Shown: piece by piece, positions 13,598 to 28,064 of the stretch
Layout: the number at the start of each line of letters is the position of its first letter
Numbering within the stretch: the first letter of the stretch is position 1
DNA from: the human T2T-CHM13v2.0 reference genome, Homo sapiens
Length of the DNA stretch: 64,000 nucleotides
Direction: 5' to 3' (one strand)
Assembly (NCBI RefSeq): GCF_009914755.1
Contig: NC_060936.1
Position numbers and translations under genes: made by a program
Notes under the pieces: model-generated
Seen by the model: only the letters and a program-made list of their open reading frames with translations
Databases searched by the model: none
Told to the model about the DNA's origin: nothing

Positions 13598-16500
13598 CTG
13601 AAAGATATAATTATAATATTCTGAAAATCATCCAGGGAAGTGATCAGTGAACTCACTGAAGGTGAGACAGGCAGCGTGAGGGCAGCCATCACAGCTGGCT
13701 GGCCCGCCTCGCACGCGGCACTGGCAGCATCTCTACTGAGTCTACACCTGAGCACTATGCACTTTGAAACTGAAACCACAGTTGCTGGCTTTTGGGTGCC
13801 AATGGAAGGGATTCCTTACTTCCTGTAACTCCTGTCTAATATTCACTTCCCAGAAAGTCTGGGTCCCCTGACAAACCCTGGAGGGCAGGGGTATGGGAGA
13901 GGGGAAGAAGAACATTTCTGTGTATTAGTGGCATCTGCACCATCCCACCCTGAGCAGCTCCAGTTTGCATTCTTCTACAGCCATGACTTTTACAAATCTG
14001 CCCATTAGGTATGAACTGCTCCATTTTCTATGTCTGCTGGTTGGGAGGTAACAGTAACAGTTGCAAGCCTAGATGATGAAAAAAGAGAGAAAACGTTCCG
14101 TGTGAGCAAGGGTATTCTCTCACACATTAACCCGGCTCGTCTGTCTGACCTGGAAGCCTCCCTTTCCTGGCATGGCGGGCACCAAAATCGACCTCTGACC
14201 CTGAAGAGGCTAGCAGGTATTCTCAGCATAGTTCTGACGGCTTTGCATCTATTCCCCAGATACCCTGGGAAAGCATGTATTCTAATGTGCTTAGTTATCA
14301 CAGGTTAAAAACGGATGATTGTGGTCATCCTAACACAGGTGATACATGCAGGGGACTGTTCTGGCCCCATGATCTTTAAATCATACAGAGATCACCACTG
14401 GAAATGCCATTTGGAACTTCTGAAGTGTTAAATATCAAAATGAGTATTAATCATTTAATATCATTAATTTGTTAAATCAGCACTCTGCATTTCTAATGGC
14501 ACAATGTCATGGTGGCCTCCCTCTCCTTCCCCTCCCTGAACTCCTTTGGAATTTACACTCCTAGGCCATGTCTTAGCTCCTCTGCTATTCTGTAATCTCC
14601 TTAGGGCAGGGGCTCACATAATCCCTAAGAAAAGTGGGCGAATGGATGAACGGAAGGCAGGTAAGACACTGGCTCTACAGCCGCATCACAGCCTGTCCCG
14701 TCAATATAACACTGGAGGTCACTGTTCCGTTCTCAAAAACCTGCGCACTGATTACAGAGCCTCAGTTTTCAGGCATGAGGACCGAACATGACTTCAAGGG
14801 CTGGAGAAGGCAGGAATGGAGTCCCCACACCTCCACAAAGGTGGGTGGTGCCGAGAAGCCTGATGAGTCTCCACCACAACTGCCTTAGTGAGCAGCAGGA
14901 AGTGCTATGTTCATGGAAAAATCAGCTCACAGAGGCTGGGGCTCAATAAACCCTGATTGCCAAGGTCGGATGAGGCAGGAGGACAGCTAATGCTTCTGAA
15001 TCATCCAGAAGATCACTCCACGGTGCCAGGCAACAAACTTGTCTGGCTATTGAAGGAGCTATTGTTTCCATCTGCATTTAAAAATAATGCATAGGGAAAG
15101 GGCCTACTTGGTCTTGTGTCTTGAAATCTGGATACGAAAAATGAAAGATGCCATTCTCAGCTCTCAACAATGATGCTCCTGCCACTGAATAATGACGGTG
15201 TGCTCTGCTGTTCCCCCAGAACTGGGGCTACATGTGTGCTACGGTACCCACAGCTCCTCTTCTCCCTCTGTGGCCAGAGCACTCACTTAAGAGAGTCCAG
15301 GCTGGGAGCAGTGAGGTAGTCCTTGGCCATGAATGAGAATGAAACCAGCTGGTGTCAAGCTTGTCCTGTAGGCCTTGCAGGACACCCTCTTATCAAGCAA
15401 GTTCTACAGCACTGACCGATCAGGACCAGAGCTGATCATCCTTCCAAGATGCTAGATCTGAGACCCTTCCCGACCCTAGGCCTCTGACTGAGCAAGGCTA
15501 CGGCCCCAGAGGGATGGCGTCAATCCAGGAGGGGTTAACTAAAGAGAACAAAGAGAGCCCCGGCATTCTCTAATATGGCAAGGCCATCTGCCAGCTGTGA
15601 TACTGCCTGCAGGAGAGGGGAGGGCAACAGTATGAGTTACTGCACACCTGTGTGCACAAGTGCCCATCATAAGCACCTGGACAGCTCCCAAGATCTGCTG
15701 AGGACTGATGCCGCCCACAGCTGGGTGGTGCTACTTCACTCAGAAGACACAGAAAGACTTTATCGCTCTATTTAAGTATCACTTCCAAAGGCACAGGCTG
15801 ACTTCAGTGAACTCACCATTCAACAGCCTAACAACTAGATTAACAAGGAAGACAACTGAGCTTGGATATCTTCCGAACCCATTTCCCATTTGCCCTGAGA
15901 GTACTGTTCTGGCAGTGAGCTGCACTTTTTTTCTCTAAACAGGAAATGGGTTAAAGCTCCTCTCTCATTCCCCTTTTTGTTGAATGACACTGACGTGAAG
16001 TTTTTGTTTTTTAATATATGTGCCTTAAAAATGTATTATAGAAGTATTAGATGTTCATATATCAGGTATTTTTAAGTTGGTGACTTTTTCTTAATAACAT
16101 TTTGCTTCCTCGCATCCCCTTCTGTTCCTAGATTGTCAACTGAGAGAAGATTCCTGGGTGCCTTTCTCACGGGCCAAAGGATGGCTTTGGAGACAACGTG
16201 AGTGGGGCAAACGCAGGATGGGGTGGAAAGTGAGGGGGTGGTGCCATCAGCCTCACACTCACGGTCACTCGTCTCCGCCGCACTGGTGCCACTACAGTCA
16301 ACTCCCCATCCTCAAAGTAGAGCCTCTCTTAAGACAAATATTCAGCCAACCATTAAATAGGAGGATAGAAACCCAATAAGTAAAGGAGACCTCATAAAGC
16401 ACTGGCAACGTTTCCCCATGCCCAGATGTTAAGGTGCTGGGATCATCTAGGAGAGGTGCACCTGAGGAGCCAGCAGAGCGGGGGCCTTACTACAGGCAGC

Positions 16501-16872
16501 AAGGAGTGCCGGGAATCCTGGGTGACAGGCAAGCTATCCCAACCCCAGTGGTAGCTGCTTCTAGGAGAACTGCACCCAGCTGGCTTTCATTCGGATTAGA
16601 AAAAAAGGGCCACACAGGCTCTTCCCCAAGAGAGGCTTGGGACCCAGGCCTCATTTCCTGAACATATGGCCTAACTTGAGGCCAATGCATGTCCAGCTGA
16701 AGATGACCCAGCTCAACTGGAAGCTGTCCAAGTGCTGAATCCCACAAAGTAGCCAGGGAGATTGTGCATTTATGTTTCTTTCTACGACGATGCTTCAGTG
16801 TCTCCTGCGTGCCCTCTCAGCAGAACGCCACAGCTAGCTTAGGTTTCAGCCCTCAGGGAGGGACTCCCCTAC

Positions 16873-17019
16873 CTGTCCATGGGCAAAGCCTATCATGGGC
16901 TCCATCATGGCCATTTGCTTTCTGTACTGCAGCGCGTTGAGGGCACAGTAGTACTGAAGGGAGGAGAGGTGCTGCTTCCGCCGGGCCGCGGCCACCTCTT
17001 TTCCGACTTCGGTCTTCAC
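16873..17019 (-). CDS. APPL2: APPL2 exon 8 (VKTEVGKE...GFAHGQ, 147 nt)
   Basis: CAG acceptor; donor CAG|GTAGGG. Confidence 0.96.
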
Positions 17020-17169
17020 CTGGTTAAAAGGTGAAAGGAAAACTTCAAGTTGTCTACTGTACGTGACAATTCTGTAAAAGCGTGTGCTTCAAAATGTGTG
17101 TTTATGCATTATAACCATTTTTGTGACAAATATAACAAAACACAGATAAGGCTGCACTTCAACTTTCTA

Positions 17170-17460
17170 AAAAATCCAAATTAAAAATATGCAAGAAACA
17201 GCATCTCAGTGCTTGTGAGGCCGCGGTGAGGTGAAGCCTGTACCCTCCTGGGAGCAGTGCAAAGTCCTACAGTCCTTCAGGATAACAATATGGCAGCATG
17301 TACTGAAGAAGGCTGCAGACATTCTAGTTCACTCATAAGACTGTATGCCAAGGAAATAATTTAGCCCAAGGAAATCATGTAACAGAAGTAAAAAGTTATA
17401 TGCATGAAAATAGTCAATATTATCTAGAGTAGCGAAGGTCCTAGAAAGCATGGGTTAAAG
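17170..17460 (+). mobile_element. Ancient L1M fragment (intron 7)
   Basis: Degenerate ORF2 3' end motifs: CAGTGCTTGTGAGG...AACAATATGGCAGCAT...TATGCCAAGGAAATAAT. Confidence 0.5.
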
Positions 17461-17782
17461 AATCAGAGTCAACACTTGGGGCAAGGAGTTCAAGTGACCT
17501 GGGTGATAAATGAGTCAGACGAGGCAGCAAGCTGAAGTTAAAACCCCTGTGTGATCATAATCTTACAATGGCTCTAAGCTGGTGTTTAATAAACCAGTTT
17601 GAAAAGATAGAATAGAGAAGTGGAGGTCTACTTATGAGATTTGGAATGAACAATTTTAAAAGTCCATGTATAGTTAAAAAAAAAAATAACCACGCACCCT
17701 TTCATGCCATAAATTCACAAGAGGAAGGCATGAAAGGCCTTTATGTAAATGAAGTGAAAAACAACATGTAAAGTATTCTTAC

Positions 17783-17841
17783 CTTCTCATTCTCCTTTTT
17801 CTTAGGCAGCCTGCTGTATTTTGCCATTGAGAGGTCATGCT
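17783..17841 (-). CDS. APPL2: APPL2 exon 7 (EHDLSMAKYSRLPKKKENEK, 59 nt)
   Basis: TAG acceptor; donor AAG|GTAAGA; preceded by a 128-nt intron. Confidence 0.95.
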
Positions 17842-17969
17842 CTAAAAATAAACAGACATCTGAACACCCAGGAGGGTCAGGGTCGAAAGGGAAGAACATT
17901 CATTGGGGGTCTCCTCCCCGCCACAGTAAGCCCACACACCCACACACCAGGAATGGAGAAGGTGCCTAC

Positions 17970-18011
17970 CATTGCTAGCGAGTCCAAATAGATCCTTTAA
18001 AGTGCTTACTT
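17970..18011 (-). CDS. APPL2: APPL2 exon 6 (EVSTLKDLFGLASN, 42 nt, phase 1-1)
   Basis: CAG acceptor; donor ATG|GTAGGC. Confidence 0.95.
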
Positions 18012-19692
18012 CTGAAAAGGAGAAAAGGGACCGTCTTAGAGCAATGAAAAATAAAACATGCCAACCCAGAGCTCTGCACTTTCCCCTGAAAATAAGAGAA
18101 TATGCGTGCAAGGGAAGCCCCTGCACCCTCAGTCCCTGGCTCTCACAGGCTGGCCCAGAGGCTGGGACCTGGGCTCACTGGAACATACGGCTTCAACCAT
18201 GCCCCACACCCAGTGACCCTGATGGCCTGAGCAGCCCTGCCTCTCCACATAGCGCTGAGGGTCTGTGAGGGAGAGGGCACGCCGGGAAGGTGGGCTGGAC
18301 AGTGTGGTGGACAGGTACTTTTCATGGAGACCTGGAGTATAAACTTAAGTTCTGATGCCTCAGCCCCCAGATAGAGTGTCTTAATACATCTTTCTACACC
18401 CAGAACCTAAAAGCTTCCTGTGTTGCCATTTTAATATCTGACTTACTGGAGTCATCCCTGGACAAAGGAATACGCGGTGCTTGTACTAATGAAAAACGTG
18501 ACACGATCTAGCATACTGTAGTTGCGACAAGCCAACACCAATAACTATTACTCCGAGTGAGTGCCACACCCATCATGCACAGAGATGGCTGAACCAAGCC
18601 CAAGACCAAAAATCCAAAAAGATCATTGAGAGCAGTGACCGTCCAAGGTTAGAAACTTAAAAACACAACGATTGATACCTAAAAGAAAGTGACACTTTCT
18701 ACAATTCTAAAACAATCCATTTTCATTTTATCAAACAAAGCAAAGCCATTCACATCTATGTTGGTTATACTAGTTTTCAATTTGCCTCCAAACTGCCTCC
18801 AGCTTTTAAATGCTCTTCGCGTTATTCATACTCTTTTGGTATCAGGCTACTTTCTGCCCTTTCCTGCTTGCATTTTTCTTTCTTTCTCTCCCATCTTTTA
18901 TTTCTTGTTGGAGTCAAGTTTTAGGTTTCTTTACTTATCAATTTTAAGTAGTTTCCTTAATATCTCTTGCGTTCTCTTCATTCAGATTATGTACTTGTGT
19001 TGGTGAGTGAATAAAGGCCGAGAAATGTAAGATAAAACACCACTGTCTAGGCAGAGGGGAGATCAGATTCTAATTTGGTCTGATGTTGACTCAGGTATGA
19101 CCTGGGGCCAAATACTTCAAAGTGAGGTCCTGATGGCATCAGAAAAGGATGTTTAACCTTTTTCAAAGATACTAAGAAGATTCCTTCTTACTACTAACGA
19201 GCAGTTTTATTCCACTTAAAAAAAATCACCATCCTGGGCAAATACTACTCATCCACATTTGGGGTCACTCTGGATTAATGGAGGCCACTGTCATTAATGC
19301 TGCTGGGCACTCTCAATTCTAGTTCTGCCTCCCATAAGCAAACCTGAAAGACATAAATCTGACAACATAGGTCTTAGGAGATGATTATTTTCTTTCAAAC
19401 AGACTTGGAGTTTGTTTTTAAAATGACATCCCGTTCACTTCTAATGATTTTATTTAGAGAAAACCCTTCAAAAAAATGCACCCACTAAGGCATTCAGTGA
19501 GGACAGAATCATCAGCAGATGACTGAGGCAAGCATGTTTTAGCTTCCTATGCAATGACAGATGAGCAACACTAAAAAGCACTAAAATTCCTGCTTTGTTT
19601 AATCAAGGTTTCCCTTTATGCAAGCAAATGGAGGCATTACTTGTTATTTTTTATTTATTAAGTTTTAGTGCTGCCAAACTGACCTTAGGTAG

Positions 19693-20071
<379 letters not shown>

Positions 20072-21042
20072 AATCTTTACCTTTAAGACTTGTCTTTAGA
20101 TTTACTGCAACCTTCTCCGCCCCAACCCCCGCCGCAAAAAAAGCTTAAAGTGATATATTTTTAAAGAGTAAGTAATATACCGACCAGATCTTTTAGCATT
20201 CAGGTTTAGGCTTTTTTGGGGCCAGCAACTTGTTTATATCAGTGTTCTAGAAAATGTAATTCTTAAACTCTAAGTAATAAATACTTCCAATGAAGAGACA
20301 ATAGGACTAGAAAATGTGGAGTCCCTTTTCTAACATCAGCGAAGTTTTTTCAAGATTATTCACGCTTTTTTATGTGCATTTTGTGACTACTTTGATTTCT
20401 AAGAAATATAAAATTGTCCTAACGCTTTATTTTAGTTGAAGAACCAAAATTAGTCCAAAAGGACAACTAAGTTTTCTGACTGACTCACAGATTCCCTTAC
20501 TCACTAACTGGTAGTTCCATAAGAGCAGTCCCCATCCATCGTTCACAGCTGCATCCCCAGAGTCTAGCACAGAGAATGCATGGTTCCTATCCCGTCTTCC
20601 CCTTTCTCCAAGCCCCCGCTTTCCATTCCAAAGCATTCACGGTTCCCCCAAGAACAGCATGACTTTACAAATGTCCCCTAATCTGGAACACAGCCTTAAT
20701 GTCATTTTTCAAAACCCAGCTCAGAGATCACCTTCTTCAGGAAGCCGTCCCTAGCACGCCTTTCTGTGTGCTGTTTCTACTCCTGTGCGTCTCTGTCCTG
20801 CTACCCTCAGCAAATGACATTACAACGATCTGTTTCCACACCTGTCTTCTCACTGGCCTGTGATCTCCTTTAGGTGAGCCGGGAACATAGTGGGAAGTCA
20901 GTAAAAGTTCACTGAATTGAACTGCTCAAAAAGAAAGGCATTTCTCAGCGATCCACACATTGAAAGAAATGCAGTAAGAATTATTATGAAATGCATTACA
21001 CAATATTTTGAAGGTAACTGGCATTGAACTCAGTTACTTTAC

Positions 21043-21130
21043 CTGTGAGATCCTTTTCTCGGAATTGTATGATAGGTAGAACCATTGTGTCTGCCAACTG
21101 TTTAGCCAGCTCTGTATGGAGAAGATTAAG
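21043..21130 (-). CDS. APPL2: APPL2 exon 5 (LNLLHTELAKQ...EKDLT, 88 nt)
   Basis: CAG acceptor; donor CAG|GTAAAG. Confidence 0.96.
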
Positions 21131-21651
21131 CTGAAAGAAAGAGAATGGTATTCAAGTAAATTAAATACATTATTATTATTGACATAGTCTCATTTCACCA
21201 AGGAATCACACTGAACACTTCCGTGTGGTCACAGAGCTCAGGCAGACTTCCTCAGCAAGTAAGTACCCTTCATAAAGCAGTAAATGATATTGGCCTAGAA
21301 GCATGAAAAATGAAATGCAAGGTTCTAACTGACCAGGGCACCAATGAAGCTTGCTAACAGAGTGTCTGGGCCCACAGTTACCCTGTTCACTGGGCAGACT
21401 CTGCTTCTTCTGTGTTCCCACTCTGGGCCCCACCCCACTGGAGAATCCTAATGCCTGGATGTGCCTGCAGAGAACACAGCCAGCTGTCAGTGCTGTCATG
21501 GCTCAGGACCTCGCCAGGCTGCTCGACTCTCTCACTCTCCAGGGAGGCTGAAGCCACGCCTGAAAGATGGGCCTGCTGGAAACCTACTCGCCTGAAAACC
21601 ACGGCCAGCTATGGGCCTGGAAGTGACTCTGGAGAAAGAATACTCCCTAAC

Positions 21652-21996
<345 letters not shown>

Positions 21997-23720
21997 TTAG
22001 TCTAGAAAAGGACCTGAGAATAAGATAACTGCATTTGGATGTGATGCTCCTCACCAGATGATTTTAACAGCCCTTGACTCTTTCTCCCCTTCTACCTCAA
22101 GGACTCAGTAAATTCTATCTTTGTAAATTATCTAGGAGAAATAAAAATTATCCCTATCAGTGCATTTTTGAGTACTTTTTGCATGCCAGCTTTATACGCT
22201 CAATACTAAATAGTTCTCACCCATTCTGTGAGTTAGGTATTATTTATCATCACCACTTTACAGACATGCAAATAGCTCTCCAAATCCAGAGGGCAAATAA
22301 ACAGCATAGCTGGGCTTTTAATCTGGGGCTGGTGAGATCTAAGATTCGTTTACTTTCCACTACATAGCCTGGGATACAGAATTTGTCCTTTATGCTCACG
22401 TTTGGGAATCTAGACGTTGGCAATGAATACAGTGGAAGGGATCTTCCCACTAGACCACAGACTTCCAGATATTTTGGGATTCCTGCTGGGTGACTAAGGG
22501 GAAATCACCCAGCAATCACTTTTGGATTCAACATGTGGCAAAGTTTCTTTTAGCAGTGCTGGCAGTCACGCATATTCATCAACCTTCTGCACACGCATCT
22601 CCCAACAGATCTGGTCCTTCGAGGCTGTGGCTTCAGAGGCCACTCTTACAAGCTTAAAGACTTGCCTAAGGTCAACCATTTGCCAGGCAAGGAAGCACCG
22701 GGGCAAATTGCTAACACTTTCCCTATCGCTCAACCAAGTCAAAGCATGGCAGCTGTATTTGAGGGTAACACAGGAAGACAGCCATGCCAGTAAATGCCTT
22801 CAGAACAGAATGTGATGACTACTTTTCCAGAATAACTTCTATAAGAAAGGTACTGTTTTTCATTAACAGTTAACAGGCTCTGTGCTTGACGCTTTGAGAG
22901 ACATTATTTAATTCAATCAATATAATAGCCCAATTAAGTGGGCCTTGCTGATGCCATATAAGATGGAGAAACCAAAACTCAGAAAGATTAAGTGTCTTTC
23001 CAATGGTTATGCACTACAGAAATGGTACATTTCCCAGCTACTCATTTTCTCCCCAAGAATTAAGGGGGTTATGTCATCAGCTTTTAACATGGGGCTTTTG
23101 AGCTGTGAGTTGTACAGGATAATCACTGCTAACCAGAGCACCTTCACTCAGGAGAATGGAAGGGGAATGCATCACCTCTCACAACTTTAGCATCACCATA
23201 TAGAAAATGGGGACAACAGCATCTTCCTTGCATGGCTAAGGCATGTGAGGACAAGACAGTGACATGAACAGGACACACTCAGAGCAGAGTGCCTGGCATA
23301 TATGCTCGGTCTTCAATCAGTGGACTCTAATGACAATGACATCCTGTCTCAGGTGCACTCAAAAGAAGTGGTCCAGAAACTCTGCTTTTAGGGAAATCAC
23401 CATGCGTGGAAATCTCTGTGTGACTTATAACATGGAAGATCTCATTCCAACGCATTCTATCAGGTGTAAGCCACATAAATTTCTACTTTTTGTTGAACTT
23501 TCCTGTAATTTCTGAGTCAAATAACTTGCCTTAAAATTTTTTCAACCTGGTTTAGGCCCAGGTAGAGAGAACAGCTACTCCCCTCTTCCCAGATTTAGGC
23601 CCCACCTGGGCTAACTGCTATCACTTTCTGGGTCTTTACATCAAAAGGTTTGTTTGAAAACTCCTTGCAGAGCTAACTCTTCCAGGGTGCCATGATACTA
23701 CCTGTAACAACCACACTTCT

Positions 23721-24022
<302 letters not shown>

Positions 24023-24354
24023 CCATACTTCCATCCTTTGGGAACTATTCACTCCCTACTAAAACAATCATCATTCCTGCCCATGACAACGTGGTTGTAA
24101 GTAAATATTTTAAACTGGAAATCTTGCTTCTGGGGTTTCGACAACTAACCGCGTTTCCTTAGCAACTCTCTTCTCAAGCAAACATGTGACTCAGGAGTGT
24201 AGTCTATTGCTTCTCGCCCTGGGTTATCTTTCTACTGTTCATTAAGGAAAACTCTTCCCCAACCTTCCAAAAATCACTTTTGCTCCTCTATAATCACATC
24301 TTCTATGTATCTTTTATCCATTTCAACACATCTGAGAGAGAGCCACGCAGTGCG

Positions 24355-25245
24355 TGTGATATCATGATATAATAAAAAATATGTATTTGGTCTTTGCCCC
24401 CAGTTCTTGGCATAGAGCTCTGAAAACCCTTGTAATTTCCTCATCAATAGAAGTGCTAGGAGCATATTTTGTTATAATACTTGGTCTTTGACCCCAGTTT
24501 CTGACACAGAGATCCTAATCCTTTGGAATTTCCTGGATGATGGGAGTGTCTTTTGTTCTGATGAGGCAACTCCTGGTGGCCTCCAGGATAGGGGCTGGTC
24601 ACCAGAAACACCAAACCACGATTATGAGCTTGGAGCTTTCAGCCCCGCCCCCATCTTCCAGGAACGGGAGAGAGCTGGAGGTTGATCACATCTATGTGAT
24701 GAAGCTGCCAATAAAAATACCTGAACTGCAGGGTTTGGAGAGCTTCCAGGTCATTAAAACACCTGGCAGAGCCCAGAGGGGTGACGTCCCCAGAGAGGGC
24801 ACGGAAGTTCCACGCCGCCTCCCCTGTACCTTGCCCTATGTATCACTTAATCTGGCTGTTCATCTGTGTCCTCTGTAATATCCTTTATAATAAAGGTAAA
24901 TTTAAGTGTTTCCCTGATTTGTGGGCCATTCTAGAAAATAATCAAATCCCAGGGGGATGTTGCAGGAACCCCTAGTTTATAGCTCGTTTGTCAGAAGTAC
25001 CAGAGGCCTAGACTTGCAATTGGCATCTGAAGTGTGGGGGAGGGGGTAGTCTGGCGGGATCATGCCCTTAACTTGTGGGATCTGAGGCTATCTCCAGGTA
25101 GATATGTCAGAATTGAGTTAAATTGTAGGACAGCCAGTTAGTGTCACAGAATTGCTTGATGTGGGGAAAACCCACACATTTTGGTGACCAAAGTGTGCTG
25201 AGTGCTGAAAGTATAGAAAGAGAATGAGTTTGTCTTTTTCCTACT
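24355..25245 (+). mobile_element. MER21-family solo LTR in intron 4
   Basis: TGTGATATCATGATATAATAAAAAATATGTATTTGGTC...GGGGCTGGTCACCAGAAA...GTCAGAATTGAGTTAAATTGTAGGAC...CCCACACATTTTGGTGACC. Confidence 0.85.
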
Positions 25246-25574
25246 GTTTAGTAGGGTAGAGGACAAAGCCCAATAAAAATCATATGACGTGTTCACTTTT
25301 ACATCCCCCGTGCCTAGAACAGCGTCTGCTAAATAGGAGGTCATCAATAAATGTTTGTTGAATAAATAATGGCTTGTTGAACTGGTTTGTTGAATAAACG
25401 AAAATGCAATCAGTACAGTTTTATATGAATGTTAGTTTCTCATTTTGTAAACTGAAGACAGTATCTACTGCAGATCAATAACTGGTCAGTTAAATGGCAT
25501 CTGCACACTCCTTTATGTTTATTCTTTATCATGATTTTTTGAGTATTCAAACTCCTTAAAAGATGGAACTATTT

Positions 25575-25869
<295 letters not shown>

Positions 25870-26046
25870 TTATATCTACCTAATTTTGCAGAGTTCTGTC
25901 CAGCACTAGTAGCATCTGAGCTCTTATGTTTTTTACAATTAGAATTTATGCACTTTTCCTATAATACCTGGTTTCGTTTTTTACAAATATTCCAAATGTA
26001 CTGTAAAATATAGCTATAAGAACAGTTGTATTAAACCCTTTGTAGT

Positions 26047-26196
26047 AAGCTAGGCATGGTGGCCCATGTCTGTAACCCCAGCACTTTGGGAGGCTTAGAC
26101 AGGAGGATCCTTTGAGGCCACAGTTTGAGGCCAGCCTGGGCAACAAAGCAAGAGGCCATCCCTACAAAATTAAAAAATGAGAAAAAAATATAAAAA
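26047..26196 (+). mobile_element. FLAM / Alu monomer
   Basis: Left-arm-only Alu with A-rich tail; TSD TAAACCCTTTGTAGT. Confidence 0.88.
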
Positions 26197-26205
26197 TAAA
26201 CCCTT

Positions 26206-26623
26206 TGTAGTGGGTTGAACTGTGACCCTCCCCTAAAAGATATGACCACCCAGAACATGTGAATATTTGAAAAAAAGAGTCTTTGCAGATGTAATGAAGG
26301 ATCCTGAAATGAGATCATCCTGGATTGTCACTAAATCCAATGCCAAGTGCCTGTATAAAAAGAGAAGACACAGAAGAGGAAAAACATGGGGGGTAGAGGG
26401 GATGTAAAGCCAGACTGGAGTGATGCTGCCACAGCCAAGGAACACCTGGAGCCACCAAAAGATGCACGAGGATTCTCCCCGGAGCCAACGGAAGCAGTGT
26501 GGCCCTGCCAGCACCTTGACTTCAGCCTTCTGGCCTACAGCACACTGGGAGGGAATAAAGTTCTGTTGTTTGAAGCTACATATTCATGGTAATTTACTAT
26601 GGCAATCTGAGAAACTAATATAC
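26206..26623 (+). mobile_element. MLT1-family MaLR LTR
   Basis: TGTAGTGGGTTGAACTGTG...CTTTGCAGATGTAAT...GCCACAGCCAAGGAAC...GAAACTAATATA. Confidence 0.85.
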
Positions 26624-26884
26624 TCTCCTTTAGAAACCGAATTCTCAGAAATCTTTCTTTTGGTCTATTCTTCATATATATCGAAGCCATTCCCCTCAAA
26701 CCAGAAACAAACATTAATAGTTAGTGTATAACCTCTCCTAGGAAAGGAGCTTTGGAAGATCAAGAAGTTGAGATACCTTCTCAGATATTTAAGTAGAAAT
26801 TTAAAAATGGAAAGTGGGCCAAAATAACAACAAAAGAAAGTTCGAGAAAGAATCAAATACAAATTTTCTATGTTGCTATCTTAC

Positions 26885-26956
26885 CTCATCCACCACTTTG
26901 GAAAAATAGTGGAGTGTTGAAATTACTTCTTCATCACCTTTGCCAAGAGCAAAGTT
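26885..26956 (-). CDS. APPL2: APPL2 exon 4 (NFALGKGDEEVISTLHYFSKVVDE, 72 nt, phase 0-0)
   Basis: TAG acceptor; donor GAG|GTAAGA. Confidence 0.96.
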
Positions 26957-27481
26957 CTAAGACCAAAGAATAAAAGAAGCAGGTGTTAAGTGAATACTGG
27001 GGAATTCAGCACGAAGCATCACCTGCAGAACACGACCCTCCACACCGACGTCCTTTCTTCTCCAAGAGCACGTCCTATCAGAAGTGTCTACCTGAAGAGG
27101 GAGTCACAGCTATCCCCTTTGTCCTGCCCCCAGGGTGCACTCATCTGACCCTCCCTGGCCATTCCTTTCTGTCAAACATATTTTTTGACTTTATTTGAGT
27201 GTTTATTTCCTGGAATTGCTAATGTTGATTCACTTGTAGTTCCTTGGAGACTTGGAACCCTCAATGGCAGTTAATTACTTCTAGAGGCTAATTAGAATAC
27301 CTCATAAAGACTTTGGGATAATCACTGATTTCAATACATCAGTGGAAGGGAAAAGACAGGACAAAAAAACTATGAAGAAAATGAAACAAATAATTTAGGT
27401 CTCTAAGGATGCCTCTGGATAATTCCACTTAAGAAAGTCCTGAACACAGCAGCATCACAGGCCACATAAATACCAAGTTAC

Positions 27482-27541
27482 CTGTTTTTCATATGCCAGC
27501 AGTTGCTTAGAAAGCTGTTGTGTGGCCAGGCACATCTCATT
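27482..27541 (-). CDS. APPL2: APPL2 exon 3 (NEMCLATQQLSKQLLAYEKQ, 60 nt, phase 0-0)
   Basis: CAG acceptor; donor CAG|GTAACT. Confidence 0.96.
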
Positions 27542-27637
27542 CTGTGGAGAGAAGAGAAAAAGCAAGTAAGATTAGTCCAATGTATACATAGTCACTGAAA
27601 AATGCCATCTCTGAGAATCCCTTAAAAAGTAATATTG

Positions 27638-28064
<427 letters not shown>

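Noticed and set aside
15940-16110. 3'UTR-like AT-rich stretch with GTGCCTTA (miR-124 site) and TGACGT
   Set aside because: Antisense to APPL2, with no ORF, poly-A tail or TSD to support a retrocopy; short motifs expected by chance.
22484-22514. 10-bp stem TGCTGGGTGA/TCACCCAGCA (and a 9-bp stem at 48180-48200)
   Set aside because: Short isolated hairpins of this size can arise by chance in 64 kb; no pre-miRNA-length or snoRNA features.
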